Shown here: positions 56,738 to 64,000 of the stretch, piece by piece
Numbering within the stretch: the stretch's first letter is position 1
How the letters are laid out: each line of letters begins with the position of its first letter
Assembly: GCA_965249575.1 (NCBI GenBank)
Contig: OZ252244.1
Span: 1,056,001-1,120,000, forward strand
Length of the DNA stretch: 64,000 bases
Source of the DNA: Gemmatimonadales bacterium
GTDB taxonomy: Bacteria > Gemmatimonadota > Gemmatimonadetes > Gemmatimonadales > GWC2-71-9
Reading direction: 5' to 3'
The notes under the pieces: generated by a model
What the model was told of the DNA's origin: nothing
The model's database searches: none
What the model saw: the letters and a program-made list of their open reading frames with translations, nothing else
Position numbers and translations under genes: made by a program

Positions 56738-58294
56738 TTAGGGACTGATACGGAGTCGGATCCCTACCCGCAGGATGTCAGTTGACCGGATCTCATTCCA
56801 ACGCGTGAGGTCAGCGACCGTCACACCGTAGCGTTTCCCGATCAGGTACAGCGTGTCACCCCATCGAACGAGGTGATACGAAAGCCTCCCACCGCGCCCC
56901 CCAGTTCCTTGCGCCTGGATCGGCCCGGACCGCGTCAGGGAGGGTGTCGGCCTCAGTATCGCACCCGACCGGGCCGCGGAGCTGATGGGCACGGTGAGGC
57001 GGTGTCCCACCCGCAGCCTCAGGGGCCGTACGCTGGGATTGGCCGCGAGCACCACCTTGGTGCTGACACGGTAGCGTTTGGCAATGAGCGAAACCGTCTC
57101 TCCCCGACGCACGACGTGCTCGATGAAGTTCAGCCGCTCCGATTCCGGCAATTCAGCCCAACACCTGGCGACCAGCAACCCCGACCCCCGCGGAACGCGA
57201 ACGATCACCTCCCGGTCGGGCGGTGTCGCTCCACGAAAGAAATGGGGGTTCAGTTCCTTGAGGGCGGCTGCGGTCGTGTCGGCGAGGTGGGCCAGCACGT
57301 CGAGTCCGGTCGCGCTGCTGACTGAGATCTCGTCGTACTCGAAGGGCCGTAGTGCCGGGATGCTATCGAAACCGTAGCGCGCCGGGTCCTTGGCGATAAT
57401 GGCGGCGGCGATGAGCTTGGGCACATAGTCGCGTGTCTCGCGCCGGAGGTACCGGCGACTGGACAGCGCGAAGAACGTCTCGTCCGTCAACGAATCGGCG
57501 CGATTCCTGAGCCGCCGAATCCCGCGGGACACCCGGCCTGCCCCTCCGTTGTAGGCCGCCGCCGCGAGATACCACGACCCAAACTCTTGGTTCAGATCGG
57601 CGAGGTGCCGCGCCGCGGCGTCGGTCGCCTTGAACGGATCGCGACGGTCATCGACCCAGGTGCCAGCCTGGAGCCCATAGCGCCGGCCCGTGGAACGAAT
57701 GAACTGCCACATGCCCACGGCATGGGCGCGTGAAACGGCGGTGTTCGAGAACCCGCTCTCAATGAGCCCGAGATACACCAGATCTTCGGGGATGCCCTGG
57801 CGCCGGAATCGGGCCCGGACCATGCCCTCGTACCGCTCGAGCCGGCCCAACCAAATGGTGAACCGATCGCGCGCCTCATCGAGGAAGAAGTCGACGTAGA
57901 ACTGCACGCGGGCATTGTCGGCGAAGGACGCAACGTCGATGTCATACGCGGGACCGGTAACGGCGGCCGCCCCGCCGCGCGGGGTGGTCAACGTGCGTGC
58001 CGATTCTTCGACGGGCCGCGGCACGCTGTCCGCCAGCCCCGGGATGACGCCGCGCACGTGCGCCGCACGGCGGTCTAGGCTTCCGAACTCCAGTTCGTCC
58101 AGTGCCGTGAGTGTTGCCTCGTCCGCGGCGGAATCGTCCACCGTCTCGACCAACAAGGGCACGCTCGCCAAGGGGACGGGGACCGAATCGGGATCCGGCG
58201 CAAGCTCGGCGCGCTGGACCCCCGCTCCCCCACACGCGGCGGCGAGTAGCGCCGCAGCGAGCGGTGCCACTCCCATCCGGAGGCGGGCCATCAC
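56738..58294 (-). CDS. mltD: Membrane-bound lytic murein transglycosylase D-like (SLT + LysM) lipoprotein
   Basis: Lipobox LAAAC, IESGF..AVGMWQFI..TG, LAAAAYNGG, ETRDYVPK, two clear LysM domains (HVVRRGET, HLVRWGDTL). Confidence 0.88.
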   Translation of the reverse strand: MMARLRMGVAPLAAALLAAACGGAGVQRAELAPDPDSVPVPLASVPLLVETVDDSAADEATLTALDELEFGSLDRRAAHVRGVIPGLADSVPRPVEESARTLTTPRGGAAAVTGPAYDIDVASFADNARVQFYVDFFLDEARDRFTIWLGRLERYEGMVRARFRRQGIPEDLVYLGLIESGFSNTAVSRAHAVGMWQFIRSTGRRYGLQAGTWVDDRRDPFKATDAAARHLADLNQEFGSWYLAAAAYNGGAGRVSRGIRRLRNRADSLTDETFFALSSRRYLRRETRDYVPKLIAAAIIAKDPARYGFDSIPALRPFEYDEISVSSATGLDVLAHLADTTAAALKELNPHFFRGATPPDREVIVRVPRGSGLLVARCWAELPESERLNFIEHVVRRGETVSLIAKRYRVSTKVVLAANPSVRPLRLRVGHRLTVPISSAARSGAILRPTPSLTRSGPIQAQGTGGRGGRLSYHLVRWGDTLYLIGKRYGVTVADLTRWNEIRSTDILRVGIRLRISP

Positions 58295-58701
58295 GTCGTC
58301 CGCTCCCTCGTAAAGATGTTTCCAAGCATGCGATTCGTGGCGTTCAGGACTGCGAACGCCGCGCCGCGCGGCGACGAATCGTCCGCGATGTACGATCCCA
58401 CCAGCCGAGAGGTTTGCCCGGCCTGCTGCGATGCCAGCGACACGATTACCACGGTCGTGTCGAACGCTCTGACCGATTTGACGCCGAGTAGTTCAAAAGA
58501 GGCCTCCGCTCTCACCGCCTGGTCCATTGCACTTAGGGGCGCCTGCGCCGCACACTGGAGCTCACCGGCCTGGGAAGCAATTTCCTCGGAAAACCCGGTG
58601 AATTCGGTACCTGGTTCCCATTCGAGCACTACGCGCGCGCGGCACCGCCCCGTCTGCAAGCGATCTAGGTTAAACGAGATAAACCGAAGTCTTTCAGGCA
58701 T
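58291..58701 (-). CDS. Conserved hypothetical protein
   Basis: 136 aa, coding-like, GTGA overlap with mltD; ends GAAFAVLNATNR. Confidence 0.65.
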   Translation of the reverse strand: MPERLRFISFNLDRLQTGRCRARVVLEWEPGTEFTGFSEEIASQAGELQCAAQAPLSAMDQAVRAEASFELLGVKSVRAFDTTVVIVSLASQQAGQTSRLVGSYIADDSSPRGAAFAVLNATNRMLGNIFTRERTT

Positions 58702-58829
58702 TTAACCAGAACGCCGGCAGCGAGATTCGTTGAACTGTGCTTAAGAACGGGGCAGGATTCGTGCCCACGAGCCCCTCCCGGTCAGGGAATTCGAGAAGTT
58801 GCGGAGCCGGCGGCACCAAAGCCGCCAGA

Positions 58830-59084
58830 CTATTCAGGGGAGTCGAACCGGACCTCGAGTTGGCCTCGGCTGCTCGCCTCAGCGGCACGGAGCAGGTCGA
58901 CGTCCAGCCGCGGCTTCCCATTGTCGTCGGTCAGAGCCGACACCAAGAGAATCTGCCCGTCGTCCAGCGTTACGCGAAGTGAGCGGCAATCCGATCGTAT
59001 GGTGACATCCGTCACAGTTCGATCGCGAAGCTGCCCGACGGCGTCAGCAATCCGCCGAAGGTCTTGAACCGAGGCAATAGACAC
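58830..59084 (-). CDS. Hypothetical protein
   Basis: VSIASVQDLRRIADAVGQLRD..KPRLDVDLLR..QLEVRFD; probable GTG start 59084. Confidence 0.55.
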   Translation of the reverse strand: MSIASVQDLRRIADAVGQLRDRTVTDVTIRSDCRSLRVTLDDGQILLVSALTDDNGKPRLDVDLLRAAEASSRGQLEVRFDSPE

Positions 59085-59103
59085 GTTCGAGTGGCGAAAT
59101 GCG

Positions 59104-59349
59104 CTACGGGAGGTGCTCGACAAGGACGTCCCGCAGCGCGTCGTCGGGAATCCTGTCAGCTTGGTTGAAGAGCGAGGACTTGGAGACCGACTCGAACGGG
59201 TAGGCGGCCCACAGGGCCGGCCGATCGCGGTTGGAGTTCACTGCGCGGAATGACAGCATGAGTTGCCACAGTTCCGCGTTGGCTCGGCGTTCGGCCGCGG
59301 GCTGAACGTGCCAGACCTCTCCATGTGCGTCGATGATTCTCCATGCCAT
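59104..59349 (-). CDS. Hypothetical protein
   Basis: GAGG RBS then MAWRIIDAHGEVWHVQPAAERR. Confidence 0.55.
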   Translation of the reverse strand: MAWRIIDAHGEVWHVQPAAERRANAELWQLMLSFRAVNSNRDRPALWAAYPFESVSKSSLFNQADRIPDDALRDVLVEHLP

Positions 59350-59417
59350 GTGGCAGTAAACCTCTACTGGGCGTCCAAAGGCGAGTCGCCCAATATGACG
59401 CCCGCTTCGCGAGGCCG

Positions 59418-60011
59418 TCAAGAGGTTTCGAGCCCAAGGGCCTCGACGTCTTCACCGGTATCCAGATCGCGCAAAGGTTCTAATAACGCAACGTGCACAC
59501 CGGCCCTCCGGGCGATGGCTTGGGTGCGGGACAAGACTTCGCCCGTCCCCCACGGGACGCCGGTAAAGAGCGCGGGCAACGCGTGGTGCAAAGCGATCAA
59601 GTAATACCCCCCGTCGAACGCAGGGCCAAAAACAGCATCGACCGGACGCAGCGCGGCGATCGCTTTGGCCACCGTATCGGCAGTGACTCCCGGCGCGTCG
59701 GCCCCGATCATCACCACCGGCGCATCGCCTCTCGAAAAGTGCGCGCCAAACGCCCGAGCCATGCGCGCGCCAAGATCGCCCGCCGATTGGGGGAGGTATT
59801 CCCGCTCCCCCAGCCACGACCGCATTTCGTCGAGCGCATCGGGCGGATCGTACCAAACCGTGAGCGGATAGCCGGAGCCGACCTGCTCGACGACCCGCCG
59901 GCCCACCTGCCGGTAGAGCGCAGCGGCCTCGTCGGTTCCGATGTCAGCGGCGAGGCGGGTCTTGACCCAGCCGGGTCTCGGCGCCTTCGCAAGCAAGGCA
60001 ACCGCCGTCAC
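59418..60011 (-). CDS. TIGR04282/DUF2064 family glycosyltransferase-like protein
   Basis: AKAPRPGWVKTRLA, QSAGDLGARM, IGADAP, GPAFDGGYYLI, PWGT, DLDT; GTG start overlaps the upstream stop. Confidence 0.88.
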   Translation of the reverse strand: MTAVALLAKAPRPGWVKTRLAADIGTDEAAALYRQVGRRVVEQVGSGYPLTVWYDPPDALDEMRSWLGEREYLPQSAGDLGARMARAFGAHFSRGDAPVVMIGADAPGVTADTVAKAIAALRPVDAVFGPAFDGGYYLIALHHALPALFTGVPWGTGEVLSRTQAIARRAGVHVALLEPLRDLDTGEDVEALGLETS

Positions 60012-60739
60012 TCTCGCTCCGGTTGATACCAGCGAGCCAGACGAGAGGGAGCAACGCCGGCGGCGTAGGCGGAAACCAGCGCCGCGTTCCGCAGCGAGCC
60101 CAGTACCGAGCCCTCGCGTCGCCACCGCCGCGGGGACACCCGCAGGCTCGAGCGAAGCCGCTGAACGGCAGCGACCCGGCCGAGTGTCCGGATCATGGCG
60201 ATGTCTTCCAATATCGGCAGGTCCGGGAACCCCCCAACGTCCTCAAAGACTCTGCGGCGGACCAGAAGCCCCTGGTCGCCGTAGGCGAGGCCCGCCACTC
60301 GATCACGAACTGCGGCGCCCCATTCCACCACTCTGGCCCAGATGCCGGCAGCGTCGATTCCGAGGCGCCAAACCGCCGCGTCGGCCGTCGAGTCGGCGAC
60401 GACCGCCTCGAGATCTCGCCGCGCGTCCGGCCCAAAACGCACATCTGCATGGAAGAAACAGAGCCAATCGCCCTGGACCTCGCGGGCCCCGGCGTTCATC
60501 TGCTGGGCGCGCCCCCGTGGGGCACGGGTAACGCGTGCGCCGCCGCTGCGAGCCAGGCGAATCGTTCGGTCCATCGATCCACCGTCGCACACGACGACGT
60601 CGATGGGGACCGACAGACTGGCGAGATCCTCCAGGAGCCGCGGCAACCGGGCGGCTTCATTGAGCGTTGGAATGACGAAGCCGACGCGATGTGGCTTCAG
60701 GGCCGGCTTCCGTAGATCGCCGTGTCGTTCAGGGTCCAA
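60008..60739 (-). CDS. TIGR04283 family GT2 glycosyltransferase
   Basis: VIPTLNEA, DGGS, GRAQQMNAGA, FFHAD, YGDQGL, GGFPDLPILED, SPRRW; true start probably near 60700. Confidence 0.88.
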   Translation of the reverse strand: MDPERHGDLRKPALKPHRVGFVIPTLNEAARLPRLLEDLASLSVPIDVVVCDGGSMDRTIRLARSGGARVTRAPRGRAQQMNAGAREVQGDWLCFFHADVRFGPDARRDLEAVVADSTADAAVWRLGIDAAGIWARVVEWGAAVRDRVAGLAYGDQGLLVRRRVFEDVGGFPDLPILEDIAMIRTLGRVAAVQRLRSSLRVSPRRWRREGSVLGSLRNAALVSAYAAGVAPSRLARWYQPERE

Positions 60740-61509
60740 TCATAGTGCTCGTGGCTCACCCTCGGATTGGCTGCGCTGAGGGCTGCGGCATGGTCTGCTG
60801 GCAGGTACGGGAGGAGGAATTCGACCACCCCTCCAGCCGCTGTGAAATCCTTGGCGTACCAATCGAGCACCTTCCCGAGCCGCAGCACGGGGGGATCTCC
60901 TCGCTCAAAGCGGTACTGCGCGGTGTCCGCGACGAACCGGCGGACCGCTGCGTCGAGCTGCCGATCTAGCTCGAAGCCGCGGTATGCACTGGGCGCAAGG
61001 ACCGGACACGACCTCGAAGCGCAGTTCACGGCGAAGTGAATCCGCGGCTCACCCATCGGGCGGATGATCTCATGCTCGATTTCGTCAAGCGCGCGCGCTT
61101 GGCCGGCGACGCCACAGAACCGTCGCGTCCACGTGTCCGAAATCTGCCGTATCGAATTGCCCGGCACCCCGGCCAGGCTCTTTACGCTCGAGCCGGGGAA
61201 TCCCGCCCGCTGGATGGGATAGTGGGAGATCACGAGATACAACGTGCAGGCGTTGTACGCGTTGATCCAAAACGCCAGCTGATCGCTGCGTGTGGCGTTG
61301 GCGAGAGCGCTCGTGTCGGCTGCCCCGAGCGACGCCAAGTATTCCTCGAGATCGCCGGCATCAGCCTTGAGCCCGGCGTAATCGACGAATGATCCGTGCA
61401 GATACCGCTCGAGCACACGGTCGAACACCCCGTGGTCAGGGAGCGCCTGCGCGCGCAACGCGCTGCTCGGCAGGACAAGCGTTATGAATACGGGCAACAG
61501 GCGACTCAC
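60697..61509 (-). CDS. DUF547 domain protein (secreted)
   Basis: Signal peptide, VDYAGL, LAFWINAYNA, LDEIEHEIIR, PRIHFAVNCASRSCP, WYAKDF, YDWTLN. Confidence 0.9.
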   Translation of the reverse strand: MSRLLPVFITLVLPSSALRAQALPDHGVFDRVLERYLHGSFVDYAGLKADAGDLEEYLASLGAADTSALANATRSDQLAFWINAYNACTLYLVISHYPIQRAGFPGSSVKSLAGVPGNSIRQISDTWTRRFCGVAGQARALDEIEHEIIRPMGEPRIHFAVNCASRSCPVLAPSAYRGFELDRQLDAAVRRFVADTAQYRFERGDPPVLRLGKVLDWYAKDFTAAGGVVEFLLPYLPADHAAALSAANPRVSHEHYDWTLNDTAIYGSRP

Positions 61510-62219
61510 GGGGCCTCCGACGAACCGACCGACGCAGGGGCGAACCCAAGCTTCCGCGCCGCGAGCGGAATGAGACTCAACGCCACGAGCAGTCCGCCGG
61601 CTATCCACAAACGGGTGCGCGCAGCCTGACCTGCGTCGGTCGAGCCTTGAACGAGCGCATCCGCAAAGAAGGTGTACACCAGCGTGCCCGGAAGGATGCC
61701 GATCACGGTCGCCACGGCATAGTCGCGCCACTTGAGGTCGGTCAGCCCCGATCCAAAGTTGAGCGCGTTGAAGGGGACCAGTGGGACCAGCCGAAGAATG
61801 AGCAGACCCAGGAACCCGTGCTCGGCGGTGGCGCGATTGAGTCCCTGGAGGCGGCTACCCACCATTCGCTGGATCCCCTCCCGTCCGAGAGCGCGCGCGA
61901 GCAGGAAGGCAGCGTTCGCGCCGATGTTGGCCGCGATCGTGTTCAGCACCGCGCCCCACCCAAAACCGAAGACTGCGCCACCGGCAATCGTAAGCACCGA
62001 GCCGGGGAGCGCCAGCGCCGTGGCCAACGCGTACACGCCGATGAACACGGCGGGGGCCCCAGGAAGCGCGCGGAGCCTGTCCAGACCCGCCGCTAAGCCG
62101 GCTCCCGTCAGATAGGTTCCGGCCGGGGTTTGCCGAACGACGAGTGCCGCCGCCGCCAGCACCGCCACGAGAGCCGCCAATTTGACAAACGGCCGGTAGC
62201 GTCCTCCTACGCCAGCCAC
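61506..62219 (-). CDS. TVP38/TMEM64 (VTT domain, DedA superfamily) membrane protein
   Basis: LPGSVLTIAGGAVFG, FLLARALGR, LRLVPLVPFNALNF, GILPGT. Confidence 0.9.
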   Translation of the reverse strand: MAGVGGRYRPFVKLAALVAVLAAAALVVRQTPAGTYLTGAGLAAGLDRLRALPGAPAVFIGVYALATALALPGSVLTIAGGAVFGFGWGAVLNTIAANIGANAAFLLARALGREGIQRMVGSRLQGLNRATAEHGFLGLLILRLVPLVPFNALNFGSGLTDLKWRDYAVATVIGILPGTLVYTFFADALVQGSTDAGQAARTRLWIAGGLLVALSLIPLAARKLGFAPASVGSSEAP

Positions 62220-63628
62220 CCGGCCACCTTCCGCAGGAAGGCGCCGGTCGTACCGGCGAACTTTTCCCGGTAGTACGCATCGGCCGCGCGCTTGACGCCC
62301 TCCACCATGGTCGGATACGGATAGACAAACCTCGCGAGTCCCGGCAGCGGAATTCCACGGCTCATGGCCATCACGAAGGGCATGATGAGGTCCCCCGCCC
62401 CGCTTGCTACAATCGTCGCGCCGAGGATCTTGCCTCGGCGCCCAACGACGACCTTGACGAACCCGTAGTCGTAACCGTCGACGATGGCTCGGTCGAGATC
62501 ATCGAGCCCATAGCGATACACGGTGACCGGTTCATCCTGCTGTCGAGCTTCCGATTCGGTCAGCCCGACGCGGGCAAGCTCCGGATCGGTGTAGGTGACC
62601 CACGGGACCGTGCGGTAGCTCGCCTTGCTGGAGAACGGAAAGACCGAATTCCGAAGCACGAGCTTGGCCTGATAGTCGGCGACGTGCGTGAACTGCAACC
62701 CACCGGCGACGTCCCCCGCAGCCCAGATGCCCGGCACCGTCGAGCGCAGCCGGTCGTCCACTCGAACGGCTCCTCTTTCCAATTCGACTCCCGCGGCCTC
62801 GAGACCCAGGCCCTCACCGTTCGCCCGGCGACCCGTCGCCACGAAGACCTCGTCCACGGTCGCCGACACGGTGGCGCCCGCGTTGCCCGTTGCCTCAAGC
62901 ACCTTGGCACCGTCGCAAACCCGCACCTCGCCGACCTTGGTAGACGTCAAGACGGTGATTCCCTCGGACTCGAGCGCGTGCCGGACCGCTGACGACGCTT
63001 CGGGATCCTCCCTCGGCAGTAGCGTCGGCAGCATCTCGAACACGGTGACCTCCGCGCCCAAGCGGCGATACACCTGGGAGAACTCCAGACCGATGGGCCC
63101 TCCCCCCAGGATGGCAATCCGACCGGGGAGTGTGTTTTGGTCGAAGGCAGTGATATTCGTTAAGTAGCCGGCCCCCTCGAGGCCGGGAATGGGAGGCACC
63201 GTCGGCCGCGAACCCGTCGCGATGACGATCCGCCGACTGGTCAGCACCCTCCCATCTACCGCGACCCGGTCTGGAGCCGTGAGCTCCGCGTTCCCGAAGA
63301 TCACCTCGACACCCAGCTTGCGGAAACGCTCGGGATCGTCGTGATGTTGGACGCGAGCGCGTGCGGCCCGCATCCGTTCCATGACCGTCTGAAAGACGTG
63401 CGACGGCGCCGCGCCCACCAGGCCGAGCCGGTCGGCGTGACGCATCTGGTGCGCGAGCTTGGCCGACGCGATCAGCGCGTTGCTCGGCACGCACCCGGTC
63501 CACAGGCAGTCGCCGCCCAGCGCCTCACGCTCGATCAGCGCCGTCTTGAGCCCGAGCGTCGCGCCGCCTGCGGTAGAAACCAGCCCCGCGGTGCCGCCAC
63601 CGATTGCGATCAGATCGAACTTTTCCAT
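62207..63628 (-). CDS. FAD-dependent pyridine nucleotide-disulfide oxidoreductase (LpdA/MerA-like)
   Basis: IGGGTAG, GGDCLWTGCVPS redox pair, IATGS, GGGPIGLE, AAGDV, FTHVA, VTYTDPE, YPYPT. Confidence 0.9.
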   Translation of the reverse strand: MEKFDLIAIGGGTAGLVSTAGGATLGLKTALIEREALGGDCLWTGCVPSNALIASAKLAHQMRHADRLGLVGAAPSHVFQTVMERMRAARARVQHHDDPERFRKLGVEVIFGNAELTAPDRVAVDGRVLTSRRIVIATGSRPTVPPIPGLEGAGYLTNITAFDQNTLPGRIAILGGGPIGLEFSQVYRRLGAEVTVFEMLPTLLPREDPEASSAVRHALESEGITVLTSTKVGEVRVCDGAKVLEATGNAGATVSATVDEVFVATGRRANGEGLGLEAAGVELERGAVRVDDRLRSTVPGIWAAGDVAGGLQFTHVADYQAKLVLRNSVFPFSSKASYRTVPWVTYTDPELARVGLTESEARQQDEPVTVYRYGLDDLDRAIVDGYDYGFVKVVVGRRGKILGATIVASGAGDLIMPFVMAMSRGIPLPGLARFVYPYPTMVEGVKRAADAYYREKFAGTTGAFLRKVAGWLA

Positions 63629-63683
63629 GATTCGTAGTGGCTAACGCCACGGTGGAAGCGAGGGTTCCCGGGTACCTACTCTG

Positions 63684-63998
63684 GGAACCCGTCAGTCAGG
63701 TGCGTGCGGAACTGGGATTCGTCGGGGCAGGTGCCCGCCGACGTGGGGACGACCGAAGCGCGCAACCCCCGGAGGCGCCATACCAAGGTAGGCGGAAGAT
63801 ACACTTTCCTTAGGGAGACCCCGGGGGCGGGCGATTCCAGGGTGCCGGTGGCACCGGCGAAGGAGAGGGTCCCTGGAACGTCGCCGACATCCCGTGGCCC
63901 ATCCCGTGGCCGTGCATGTGTTTGTGTTGGGACGACTTCCCGTGTTGGGCGGATGCCGTCTCGAGCGGCGCAGCGACCGTTGCGATCACGGGAGCCAG
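63684..63998 (-). CDS. Partial hypothetical protein with His/Met-rich segment (5' end outside window, possible frameshift)
   Basis: Minus strand reads LAPVIATVAAPLETASAQHGKSSQHKHMHGHGMGHGMSATFQG; the 3' boundary is uncertain. Confidence 0.3.
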
Positions 63999-64000
63999 AT

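Noticed and set aside
62207..63628. Mercuric reductase merA
   Set aside because: No C-terminal Cys-Cys pair, no N-terminal metal-binding domain and no mer genes nearby.

Overview
GC-rich bacterial chromosomal window. Gene content and order suggest Gemmatimonadota, but this is inference. Several isolated 1-bp frameshifts at short homopolymers suggest an imperfectly polished long-read or MAG assembly. 1-22.4 kb is core-like: M28 peptidase, lepA, heptosyltransferase, ROK and PfkB kinases, a STAS-HATPase / STAS-wHTH gene pair, a trans-sulfuration enzyme, ftsEX-envC, a MerR/coiled-coil protein, pcm, nfo, pckA, an HD hydrolase, PP2C plus a triple-FHA membrane protein, uvrA and a Wza-like export protein. 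tRNA-Asn(GTT) at 22548-22623 is the insertion site of an ~11.2-kb genomic island bounded by a perfect 19-bp direct repeat (22602-22620 / 33764-33782). The island carries a decayed DUF2924-serine recombinase module, LexA and HsdM remnants, an intact 1818-aa Ig-repeat autotransporter-like adhesin and a complete IS3-family element with a 3-bp target duplication. 34.8-40.6 kb is a deletion-riddled type II FAS/PKS-like cluster with a halogenase-like remnant and a DUF1702 gene. 46.3-52.4 kb is an unusual his operon: HisC-HAD and HisA-HisI-HisE fusions, no hisD, and an unannotated His-rich leader peptide with a terminator (classical attenuator). The window ends with holB, moaC, two lytic transglycosylases and a TIGR04282/TIGR04283/DUF547/TVP38/flavoprotein cluster. 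No rRNA or CRISPR array was seen.
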